Origin: Gemmatimonadota bacterium
GTDB lineage: Bacteria; Gemmatimonadota; Gemmatimonadetes; Palauibacterales; KS3-K002
Reading direction: 5' to 3'
NCBI GenBank assembly: GCA_039586795.1
Contig: JBDHJS010000010.1
Location: forward strand, 1-64,000
Length of the DNA stretch: 64,000 nt
How positions within the stretch are numbered: position 1 is the first letter of the stretch; each line of letters starts with the position of its first letter. The position numbers and the translations under genes were made by a program. Below, piece after piece: positions 56,180 through 64,000 of the stretch. The notes beneath the pieces were generated by a model, which saw only the letters and a program-made list of their open reading frames with translations, ran no database searches and was not told where the DNA came from.

Positions 56180-57438
56180 GCGGAAACGGGAAACGGGGAA
56201 GCGTCCTCGTGATTGGTGGCGGCATCAGCGGCATCACCGCTGCCATAGAAGCTTCCGAAGCAGGGTGCGAGGTAGTGCTGGTCGAGAAGAACACCTACCT
56301 CGGCGGTCGGGTGGCCCAGATGCACGAGTATTTCCCAAAGCTGTGCCCACCCACCTGCGGCCTGGAGATCCATTTTCGCCGTCTCAGGACGAGCCCGCGG
56401 GTTCGCATCCTGACGCTGTCGGAGGTGGAAATGATCACGGGCGGTCCCGGTAACTACAAAGCGACGATCGCGCGCAAGCCGCGTTTCGTGAACGCCAAGT
56501 GCACGGCGTGCGGCGAGTGCGTGGAGATCTGCCCCGAGCAGCGCGCTGACGAGTTCAACCTCGGCATGAGCGAGACGAAAGCGATTCACCTGCCGTTCGA
56601 GATGGCTCACCCGATGCGGTTCGCGATCGATAGCGACGCCTGCCCCGGTTCGTCATGCGGCAAATGCGTGCCGGCGTGCCCGTACGACGCCATCGACCTG
56701 GATATGCAACCCGAGACGATTGAGGTGGATGTCCAGGCGGTGATCTGGGCAACGGGATGGGATCCATACGACGCCGAGAAGATCGACAACCTGGGATTCG
56801 CTGAGCACCCGAACGTCATAACGAATCTGATGATGGAGCGCCTCGCCTCGGGCAACGGGCCCACGGGCGGCAAGATCCAGAGGCCTTCCGATGGGAAGGA
56901 AGTCGAGAGCGTCGCCTTCGTTCAGTGCGCCGGTTCCCGCGACGAGAACTACCTGGAGCACTGCTCCGGCGTTTGCTGCCTCGGATCTCTCAAGCAGGTA
57001 CGGTACGTCCGCGAGCAATACCCGGACGCCGACATCTACGTCTTCTACATCGATATCCGCGCGCCTGGACGCCTCGAAGACTTCTTTGCTGCGACCGAGA
57101 AGGACGAGAAGCTGACCCTGATCAAGGGCAAGGTGGCGAAGATCAGCGAAGACGCCGACGGATGCCTGGAGGTCGAGGCCGAGGACACGCTCACCACCGA
57201 GCGGGTGTCTCAGACGGTCGACCTCGTCGTGCTGGCGACCGGCCTGGTGCCCGTCGCCGCAGGCGATGCCCAGGTGGACGGCGAACTGCAGACGGACGAG
57301 TTCGGGTTCCTGACCACAGAGCAGGAACAGACGGGGATGCTGGCCGCGGGATGCGCTAAGCGCCCCGCCGACGTGGCCACATGCGTGCGCGACGCGACGA
57401 GCGTCGCGATGAAGGCTCTCACCAGCTGCGGGGAGTGA
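56176..57438 (+). CDS. qmoA: Quinone-interacting membrane oxidoreductase subunit A (HdrA-like)
   Basis: GGGISG, YFPKLCPPTCG, ferredoxin motifs, QCAGSRD...CSGVCC; between aprA and qmoB. Confidence 0.93.
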   Translation: MSGNGKRGSVLVIGGGISGITAAIEASEAGCEVVLVEKNTYLGGRVAQMHEYFPKLCPPTCGLEIHFRRLRTSPRVRILTLSEVEMITGGPGNYKATIARKPRFVNAKCTACGECVEICPEQRADEFNLGMSETKAIHLPFEMAHPMRFAIDSDACPGSSCGKCVPACPYDAIDLDMQPETIEVDVQAVIWATGWDPYDAEKIDNLGFAEHPNVITNLMMERLASGNGPTGGKIQRPSDGKEVESVAFVQCAGSRDENYLEHCSGVCCLGSLKQVRYVREQYPDADIYVFYIDIRAPGRLEDFFAATEKDEKLTLIKGKVAKISEDADGCLEVEAEDTLTTERVSQTVDLVVLATGLVPVAAGDAQVDGELQTDEFGFLTTEQEQTGMLAAGCAKRPADVATCVRDATSVAMKALTSCGE

Positions 57439-57441
57439 AGG

Positions 57442-59688
57442 GTGGATAAGAAAGTAGCTGTCTATATATGTCGGGGCTGCGAGATCGGAGGATCGCTGGA
57501 CATCGACGCGCTCAGCGAGGTCGTCACCGACGAGTGCGAGATTGAGCTCTGTCGCGACCATGAGTGCCTCTGCAACGACGCGGGTCTCGAGCTGATCAAG
57601 GGCGACATCCAGGAAGGCGCAAACGCTCTGGTCATCTCCGGATGCTCGCCGCGATTCAAGACCGACGATTTCAAGTTCGACGGGTGCACCACCGAACGGG
57701 TGAACCTCCGGGAACACGTGGTCTGGAGCCACGAGCCCAACGACGAGGATACCCAGATGCTCGCCGCGGATTACTTGCGCATGGGCATCGCCCGAGCCAA
57801 GCTCGCCGAGCTCCCCGACCCGTTCGACGAGGAGATCGACAAGACGATCCTCGTAGTCGGTGGCGGCGTCACTGGCATGACGGCGGCGCTGGATGCCGCA
57901 AACGCCGGCTACCACGTCGTCCTGGTCGAAAAGGAGGCGGAACTCGGCGGTTGGGCGGGGAAGTTCGCCTGGCGGTTTCCGCTCAGCCCACCCTACAAGG
58001 AACTCGAGCCCGTCGACTTGAGCGAACGCATCGCCGAAGTCCAGGGCAACGAGCGAATCACCGTTCACACTGGCACGACGATCGAGAAGATCGACGGCCA
58101 ACCCGGCCAGTTCGACGTCTTGGTGAAGGCGAACGGATCCGGCTCACAGTTCCGCGTCGGCGCCGTAGTCCAGGCAACGGGCTGGAAGCCATACGACGCG
58201 TCGCGGCTCGGCCACCTGGGGTACGGCGCGAGCCCGGACGTGATCAGCAACGTCGAGATGGAGGAGCTGATCAAGACGGGGTCGATCACGCGGCCCAGCA
58301 ACGGTAAACCGGCCCGCAGGATCGCTTTCATCCAGTGCGCCGGCTCCCGGGACGCCGACCACCTGCCCTACTGCTCCTCGGTCTGCTGCCGTGTGACGAT
58401 CAAGCAGGCCCTGGTGACCCGGAAGTTCGACTCCGAGGCCGAGGCCTACATCCTGTACAAGGACATCCGCACCCCCGGACAGTACGAGGATTTCTACCGC
58501 TCGGCGCAGGATGATCCGGGCATCTTCTTCACGAAAGCGGAGGTCACCGGCGTCGAAGTCGTCGGCGACAACCTTCAGGTCGTCGCCGAGAACACGCTGC
58601 TCGGCGATGAGATCCGCATCGAGGCGGACCTCGTGGTGCTGGCGACCGGTCTGGTTCCAACGTCGGCGGACGGCGAGGGCTTGAGAAAGCTGGCCGACGC
58701 GAAGGCAACGATAGCGAAGGGCGAAGAGGGCGCGGCGCTGGAAGCGGCCAAAGTGAGCTTCGAAGAGTTCAAGCACCTCGACGGCACCGAGATACTGAAC
58801 CTCGGCTATCGCCAGGGCCCGGACCTGCCGGTCTTGAGGCACGACTTCCCCGATTCGCACTTCATCTGCTTCCCGTACGAGACGCGGCGCACCGGCATCT
58901 ACGCCGCCGGCTGCGTGCGGGGTCCGAACGATTCGCTGGTCAGTATGGAAGACGGGTCCGGCGCCGCGTTGAAGGCGATTCAGAGCGTCGAGCTCGCCAG
59001 CATGGGATCGGCTGTGCATCCCCGCTGGGGCGACATGTCGTACCCCGACTTCTTCATGCAGCGCTGCACGCAATGCAAGCGCTGCACCGAGGAATGCCCG
59101 TTCGGGACCTTGAACGAGGACGAGAAAGGCACGCCGCTGGTGAACCTCACACGGTGCCGCCGTTGTGGCATCTGCATGGGTTGCTGCCCCGAGCGGATCA
59201 TCTCGTTCAAAGACTACTCAGTGGAAATCATCTCCTCGATGATCAAGGCGGTGGATATCCCCGACGAGTTCGAGGAGAAGCCGAGGCTGCTGGGACTGAT
59301 CTGCGAGAACGATTCCTACCCGGCCCTCGACCTCGCCGGGCTGAAGCGGATTCAACACAGCGCTTATATCCGCTTCGTTCCGGTCCGCTGCCTGGGATCG
59401 GTCAACACGGTTTGGGTGGCCGATGCTCTGGCTAGTGGATTCGATGGGATTCTGCTCGTCGGCTGCAGGTCGGGTGACGACTACCAGTGTCACTACATCC
59501 GCGGCAGCGAGTTGATGGAAACTCGGAGCGGAAACATCCAGGAGAAGCTCAAACAGCTGGCGCTAGAAGAGGAGCGCGTTCGACTGGAGCAACTTGCCAT
59601 ATCTGATTTCGACAAGCTGCCTCAGATCATCAACCAGTTCGCGGAGGAAATCGACGAGATCGGCTTGAATCCGTTCAAGGGATTCTAG
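57442..59688 (+). CDS. qmoB: Qmo subunit B (HdrA-like plus MvhD domain)
   Basis: GGGVTG, QCAGSRD, YRQGP, HFICFPYETRR, CTQCKRC, CENDSYPA, DYQCH. Confidence 0.95.
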   Translation: MDKKVAVYICRGCEIGGSLDIDALSEVVTDECEIELCRDHECLCNDAGLELIKGDIQEGANALVISGCSPRFKTDDFKFDGCTTERVNLREHVVWSHEPNDEDTQMLAADYLRMGIARAKLAELPDPFDEEIDKTILVVGGGVTGMTAALDAANAGYHVVLVEKEAELGGWAGKFAWRFPLSPPYKELEPVDLSERIAEVQGNERITVHTGTTIEKIDGQPGQFDVLVKANGSGSQFRVGAVVQATGWKPYDASRLGHLGYGASPDVISNVEMEELIKTGSITRPSNGKPARRIAFIQCAGSRDADHLPYCSSVCCRVTIKQALVTRKFDSEAEAYILYKDIRTPGQYEDFYRSAQDDPGIFFTKAEVTGVEVVGDNLQVVAENTLLGDEIRIEADLVVLATGLVPTSADGEGLRKLADAKATIAKGEEGAALEAAKVSFEEFKHLDGTEILNLGYRQGPDLPVLRHDFPDSHFICFPYETRRTGIYAAGCVRGPNDSLVSMEDGSGAALKAIQSVELASMGSAVHPRWGDMSYPDFFMQRCTQCKRCTEECPFGTLNEDEKGTPLVNLTRCRRCGICMGCCPERIISFKDYSVEIISSMIKAVDIPDEFEEKPRLLGLICENDSYPALDLAGLKRIQHSAYIRFVPVRCLGSVNTVWVADALASGFDGILLVGCRSGDDYQCHYIRGSELMETRSGNIQEKLKQLALEEERVRLEQLAISDFDKLPQIINQFAEEIDEIGLNPFKGF

Positions 59689-59702
59689 GGAGCGTGGTGA
59701 GG

Positions 59703-60887
59703 ATGTCCAACGCTGTTTTGCTCGTACCTGACAGAGAATTCGTAGAGGAACTCATTGCATCGGGCGGTGGTGAACTGAAAAAGTGCTACCAGTGCGCCAC
59801 CTGCTCCGTCGTCTGTGACCTGGCGGCAGAAAGTCGACCCTTCCCGCGGAAAGAGATGATCTGGGCCCAATGGGGTCTCAAGGACCGGCTGGTGGCGGAT
59901 CCAGAGGTCTGGCTCTGCCATCAGTGCAACGATTGCTCCGAGAGCTGCCCGCGAGGCGCACGCCCGGGTAACGTGCTGGCCGCCGTGCGGCAGCGCGCCG
60001 TGAAGCACTACTCGGTGCCAAGCTTCCTGGGCCGCTGGGTCAACAACGCGAAGCTGCAACCGATGCTGTTGGTAATCACGGCGGCGCTGCTGGCCCTCGC
60101 GCTCGCGGTGAAGGAGCCGGTGGAACAAGCCATGAGCTTCGGCGAGCCTCACGGGTTCTACGCGGAGTTCTTCCCACATTGGTTGCTGATTGCCTTCTTC
60201 GCCTTCTTCACAACGCTCGCGTTTGTGGCCGCCGTGCTGGGGATCGTGAGGTTCTGGCGCGCGATGAAAGATGCGGACGCGGGCCGTTCGCCGCCGACGG
60301 TCGGGCTGCTGACCGCCATCATACGCACCATCACGTCGGTCTTCGTTCACGACAAGTTCGGTAAGTGTACATCCAAGCCTTCACGCAAGACGGCACACCT
60401 CACGGCATTCTACGGTTTCATGGCGCTGTACGTGGTGACCATCTGGGCGGTGCTCGATCTCTACGTACTTCCCCGCTTTGGGGTCGTCGCCATGTACCCC
60501 TTTGACCTGATGCACCCGATGAAGATCCTCGCCAACGTGGGCGGCGTCTTGCTGGTCTTCGGATGCATCAAGGCGATCATCGATCGAGTTCAAAAGACAG
60601 ATTCTTCGCAGACGAGCACCGCGTTCGACTGGATGTTCGTCTGGCTGCTGCTGCTCGTCGGAGTCACCGGGTTCGTGATCGAGGCGCTTCGCTTCGCGAT
60701 CGACCCGGCGGCCGAATCGGCGATGGTAACGGTAGCCTACGCGATCTACTTCGTTCACCTGGTGCTGGTGTTCCAGCTTTTGGTGTATCTGCCTTACTCG
60801 AAATTCGCTCACCTGCTCTACCGGACCACGGCAATGGTATACGTGGAACGCACAGGGCGTAGCCGGCAGCTGGCGCTAGCCGCCTGA
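59703..60887 (+). CDS. qmoC: Qmo subunit C (2x[4Fe-4S] plus membrane cytochrome b)
   Basis: CYQCATCSVVC, FPRKEM.WAQWG, CHQCNDCS..CP, YLPYSKFAH. Confidence 0.95.
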   Translation: MSNAVLLVPDREFVEELIASGGGELKKCYQCATCSVVCDLAAESRPFPRKEMIWAQWGLKDRLVADPEVWLCHQCNDCSESCPRGARPGNVLAAVRQRAVKHYSVPSFLGRWVNNAKLQPMLLVITAALLALALAVKEPVEQAMSFGEPHGFYAEFFPHWLLIAFFAFFTTLAFVAAVLGIVRFWRAMKDADAGRSPPTVGLLTAIIRTITSVFVHDKFGKCTSKPSRKTAHLTAFYGFMALYVVTIWAVLDLYVLPRFGVVAMYPFDLMHPMKILANVGGVLLVFGCIKAIIDRVQKTDSSQTSTAFDWMFVWLLLLVGVTGFVIEALRFAIDPAAESAMVTVAYAIYFVHLVLVFQLLVYLPYSKFAHLLYRTTAMVYVERTGRSRQLALAA

Positions 60888-60987
60888 CGGCGCAAGGCAC
60901 GCAACCGCACACGGAGGACGTGAGAAGATCACTTGAGGGGATAGGGAGATTTCTCCAACCAACGTCGCATAGAGGAGAGGCACCATC

Positions 60988-62220
60988 ATGGACCAACTGG
61001 TCAGGCCGCATGGAAAAGACAAGGAACTCAAGCCACTGCTGCTGAGCGGGCCCGAACTGGCCGACGAGCAGAAGAGAGCGGAGTCCCTGAAGAAGATCAC
61101 CATTACATCACGGGAAACCGGCGATGCAATCATGATGGGGATCGGCGGGTTCACGCCGTTGGACGGCTTCATGGGAAGCGAGGACTGGAAGGGCGTCTGC
61201 ACCGATATGCAGATGACCGACGGCACGTTCTGGCCCATCCCGGTAACCGTATCCTCAACCAAGCAGGATGCCGACGGCATTAAGATCGGCGAGGACATCA
61301 CTCTGGTCGACGAAGACACTGGCACCAACATGGCCACCATGAAGGTGACCGATAAGTACACGATCGACAAAGATCTGGAGTGCAAGGAGGTCTTCAGGAC
61401 CAACGATGCGGAGCACCCCGGCGTCGCGATGGTGATGTCGCAGAAGGAGGTAAACCTGGGCGGCCCGATCAGGGTCCTCAGCGAGAGCTTCTTCCCCAAG
61501 GAATTCAAGGGCGTGTACATGCGGCCGGCGGAGTCGCGGCAGATGTTCGCGGAGAAGGGGTGGCGGACGGTGGCGGCGCTACAGCTGCGGAACCCGATGC
61601 ACCGCTCTCACGAGTACCTGGCCAAGATCGCGCTCGAGATCCTGGACGGGCTGTTCATCCACCAGCTGGTTGGCAAGCTCAAGGCAGGGGACATACCGGC
61701 CGACGTTCGCGTCAAATGCATCGACGCCCTGGTGGACAACTACTTCCTCAAAGACTCGGTCATTCAGGGCGGCTATCCGCTGGACATGCGCTACGCCGGA
61801 CCACGCGAGGCCCTGCTGCACGCCGTGTTCCGCCAGAACTACGGCTGCAGCCACCTGATCGTGGGACGCGATCACGCCGGCGTCGGCGATTACTACGGAC
61901 CGTTCGACGCTCAGGAGATCTTCTACGAGATCCCGGAGGGCGCGCTCGAGACGCAGCCGCTGAAGATCGATTGGACATTCTACTGCTTCAAGTGCCGGGG
62001 CATGGCCTCGATGAAGACCTGCCCGCATGGCAAGGACGATCGCCTGCTGCTGAGCGGTACGGTCTTGCGCAAGACGCTGTCCGAGGGCGGAGACCCGCCG
62101 GAAGACTTCAGTCGACCCGAGATCCTGGCGATCCTGAAGGACTACTACGGCAGCCTGGAAGACAAGGTCGAAGTCAAGCTTCACCAGGCGGCGACGGGCA
62201 ATGTAAAGAAGGGCAAGTAA
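60988..62220 (+). CDS. sat: Sulfate adenylyltransferase
   Basis: [32 protein letters not shown]. Confidence 0.96.
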   Translation: MDQLVRPHGKDKELKPLLLSGPELADEQKRAESLKKITITSRETGDAIMMGIGGFTPLDGFMGSEDWKGVCTDMQMTDGTFWPIPVTVSSTKQDADGIKIGEDITLVDEDTGTNMATMKVTDKYTIDKDLECKEVFRTNDAEHPGVAMVMSQKEVNLGGPIRVLSESFFPKEFKGVYMRPAESRQMFAEKGWRTVAALQLRNPMHRSHEYLAKIALEILDGLFIHQLVGKLKAGDIPADVRVKCIDALVDNYFLKDSVIQGGYPLDMRYAGPREALLHAVFRQNYGCSHLIVGRDHAGVGDYYGPFDAQEIFYEIPEGALETQPLKIDWTFYCFKCRGMASMKTCPHGKDDRLLLSGTVLRKTLSEGGDPPEDFSRPEILAILKDYYGSLEDKVEVKLHQAATGNVKKGK

Positions 62221-62230
62221 GGAATTCGTA

Positions 62231-62623
62231 ATGGACCTGATCACCGTCACGAGGCAAGACAATCTCGAGTTCAACATCCACGTACGTGGACGTGACGTGG
62301 TCAGCGATATGTCGCAGGAAGACGGGGGCCGGGGTGAAGGCTTCACGCCTGCGGAATTGCTCGCCGGCTCCCTCGGGGCGTGCATCGCGATGATGGTGCA
62401 GGGTTACTGCGACCGGAACGGGTACACCGACGGCGACGTCGGGGTCAACCTCACGTTCGAACTTGCAGACAAACCGAAACGGGTGGGTGCGATAGTCATC
62501 GATGTCGAACTCCCGGATGGCTTCCCCGAAGACCGTCTGGGAGTGGTTAAGCGCCTGGCCGAGAAGTGCACGGTACACGAGACACTGACTCATCCACCGC
62601 GAGTGGATGTCGAATTCGAGTAG
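62231..62623 (+). CDS. OsmC family protein
   Basis: P.ELLAGSLGAC...AEKCTVHETL. Confidence 0.85.
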   Translation: MDLITVTRQDNLEFNIHVRGRDVVSDMSQEDGGRGEGFTPAELLAGSLGACIAMMVQGYCDRNGYTDGDVGVNLTFELADKPKRVGAIVIDVELPDGFPEDRLGVVKRLAEKCTVHETLTHPPRVDVEFE

Positions 62624-62657
62624 CATGTAGGGGCATGCTCACGAACGGAGGATTCAG

Positions 62658-62975
62658 ATGGAACAGCGTGAATTCGGTGGCAAGCTGATCGAGATCGATG
62701 AAGACGGATTCATCCAGGATCCGGAGGCGTGGGATCAGGGCGTTGCCGCAGACCTGGCGAAGACCGAAGGCGTTGAAGACATGACCGACGACCACTGGAA
62801 AGTCGTCAACTACCTGCGCGAGTACTACCTCGAGTACAACATGGCGCCGATGATCCGCAAGCTCTGTAAGACAACCGGTTTCAAGCTGAAGGAGATCTAC
62901 GATCTGTTCCCCAGCGGGCCGGCAAAGGGTGCTTGCAAGGTAGCCGGGCTGCCGAAGCCGACCGGCTGCGTCTGA
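62658..62975 (+). CDS. dsrC: Sulfur relay protein DsrC
   Basis: IDEDGF, LFPSGPAKGACKVAGLPKPTGCV with both conserved C-terminal Cys. Confidence 0.93.
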   Translation: MEQREFGGKLIEIDEDGFIQDPEAWDQGVAADLAKTEGVEDMTDDHWKVVNYLREYYLEYNMAPMIRKLCKTTGFKLKEIYDLFPSGPAKGACKVAGLPKPTGCV

Positions 62976-62982
62976 GGCGATC

Positions 62983-63525
62983 ATGGCGGTGCAGGAGCTG
63001 CTGATCGAGAAACGGGAGGCCATCGCCCAGAGCTGGCTCGAGGGCGCACTGGCCGCTTATCCCGGGGACTCCGCCGCACTGTTCGCGCGAGAGAGGGACC
63101 CGTTCGCGAATCCCATTGGTCACAGTCTGCGCCAGGGCATCGAGTGCATTCTCGATGCCCTAATCGCCACAAAGGATGTTGAAGAGATCCGCGACCTCCT
63201 GGTCGAGATGATGAAGATCAGGGCGGTGCAACAGTTTGCACCTTCCCAAGCCGTGGGATTCGTTTTCCGCTTGAAAGAGATCGTGCGAGCGGAACTGGGA
63301 AGGGCGGCGGCGGATCCAGAAATCACGAACGAGCTCGCGGAGTTCGACGCGCGGATCGACGAGATCGCCCTCGCGGCGTTCGATTGCTACGTCGCCTGTC
63401 GCGAGGAGGTATACGAACTCCGCGTCAACGAAGTAAAGCGACAGGTCTCCTGGATCGTCGGCAAAGTCAACCAGCAGGATAGCGATCCGGATCTAGTCCA
63501 GATCGGCCCCAAACCAGAGCGCTGA
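62983..63525 (+). CDS. dsrT: DsrT (RsbRD N-terminal-like domain)
   Basis: DPFANPIG, KIRAVQQF.PSQAVGF.F.LK, AFDCY..CRE..YELR; precedes dsrM. Confidence 0.88.
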   Translation: MAVQELLIEKREAIAQSWLEGALAAYPGDSAALFARERDPFANPIGHSLRQGIECILDALIATKDVEEIRDLLVEMMKIRAVQQFAPSQAVGFVFRLKEIVRAELGRAAADPEITNELAEFDARIDEIALAAFDCYVACREEVYELRVNEVKRQVSWIVGKVNQQDSDPDLVQIGPKPER

Positions 63526-63555
63526 AGGAGCTAACATGCGGCGAGAGGGTCACAG

Positions 63556-64000
63556 ATGAACGTGCTGATTGCCTCGGTGGCTGTGGTCGGCCTCTTTCTG
63601 CTGGGCCTTTTCGGAGGCACGCCGGGCGGGGGCTGGGTATTCGGTGTCGTACTTCCCTACGCCGCCCTGGCGCTGTTTGTCTTCGGGCTCTTCTATCGAG
63701 TCCTGGTTTGGACGAAGGCGCCAGTGCCCTTCCGCATCCCAACGACGAGCGGGCAGCAGAAGTCCCTAGATTGGGTTGAACAACAGAAGCTGGAGAACCC
63801 GAACAGCACGCTGACGACAATCGGGAGAATGGCCCTCGAGGTACTCTTCTTCCGCTCACTGCTCAAGAACACAAAGACGGAGTTGGTCGACGGACGCAGG
63901 TTGACTTATGCAACCGACCTGGGCTTGTGGATTGGCGGGATGGCGATGCACTGGGCGCTGCTCATCGTACTGATCCGGCACCTGCGGCTGTTCACCAATC
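63556..64000 (+). CDS. dsrM: DsrM membrane cytochrome b subunit (partial, runs off window)
   Basis: Manual translation MNVLIASVAVV...LPYAA...W.KAPVPFRIPTTSGQQKSL.W...RMALEVLFFRSL..NT...HWALLIVLIRHLRLF. Confidence 0.9.
   Translation, partial: MNVLIASVAVVGLFLLGLFGGTPGGGWVFGVVLPYAALALFVFGLFYRVLVWTKAPVPFRIPTTSGQQKSLDWVEQQKLENPNSTLTTIGRMALEVLFFRSLLKNTKTELVDGRRLTYATDLGLWIGGMAMHWALLIVLIRHLRLFTN

Noticed and set aside
62658..62975. TusE/RpsA-type tRNA thiolation protein instead of DsrC
   Set aside because: Both C-terminal cysteines are present and the gene sits with dsrT/dsrM.
1..64000. tRNA, rRNA, transposase or prophage genes
   Set aside because: None recognised by eye; tRNAscan-SE and ISEScan would be needed to exclude them formally.

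Overview
GC-rich bacterial window with three parts. (1) 1-20.3 kb is a housekeeping-like block: a molybdopterin oxidoreductase fused to an IscS/NifS cysteine desulfurase; a bifunctional homocysteine methyltransferase/MTHFR (yitJ-like) behind a SAM-II riboswitch with a terminator; a PAS sigma54 activator; an ECF sigma factor; a beta-barrel-cupredoxin protein; a methyltransferase/FAD oxidoreductase/cyclase/ketosynthase operon with a Fur-type box; kynB-like, DoxX, fxsA, DCC and pfkA genes. (2) 20.3-39.8 kb is an unbroken run of about 30 short, unrelated, co-oriented accessory genes and gene fragments resembling an eroded cassette array. (3) 39.8-64 kb, running off the end, is a compact dissimilatory sulfate-reduction cluster: SLC13 transporter, CBS protein, a multi-component phosphorelay whose sensor kinase has an extracytoplasmic CxxCH motif, two cytidylate-kinase-like proteins, TauE/DUF1634, SirC, an unusual ferrochelatase-HemA fusion, then aprBA, a small Cys protein, YkgJ, qmoABC, sat, OsmC, dsrC, dsrT and partial dsrM. 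Repeated CGTGA-N6-TCACG (Rex/CRP-like) operators lie in its promoters. All calls come from motif recognition by eye; no database searches were run and host taxonomy is not established.
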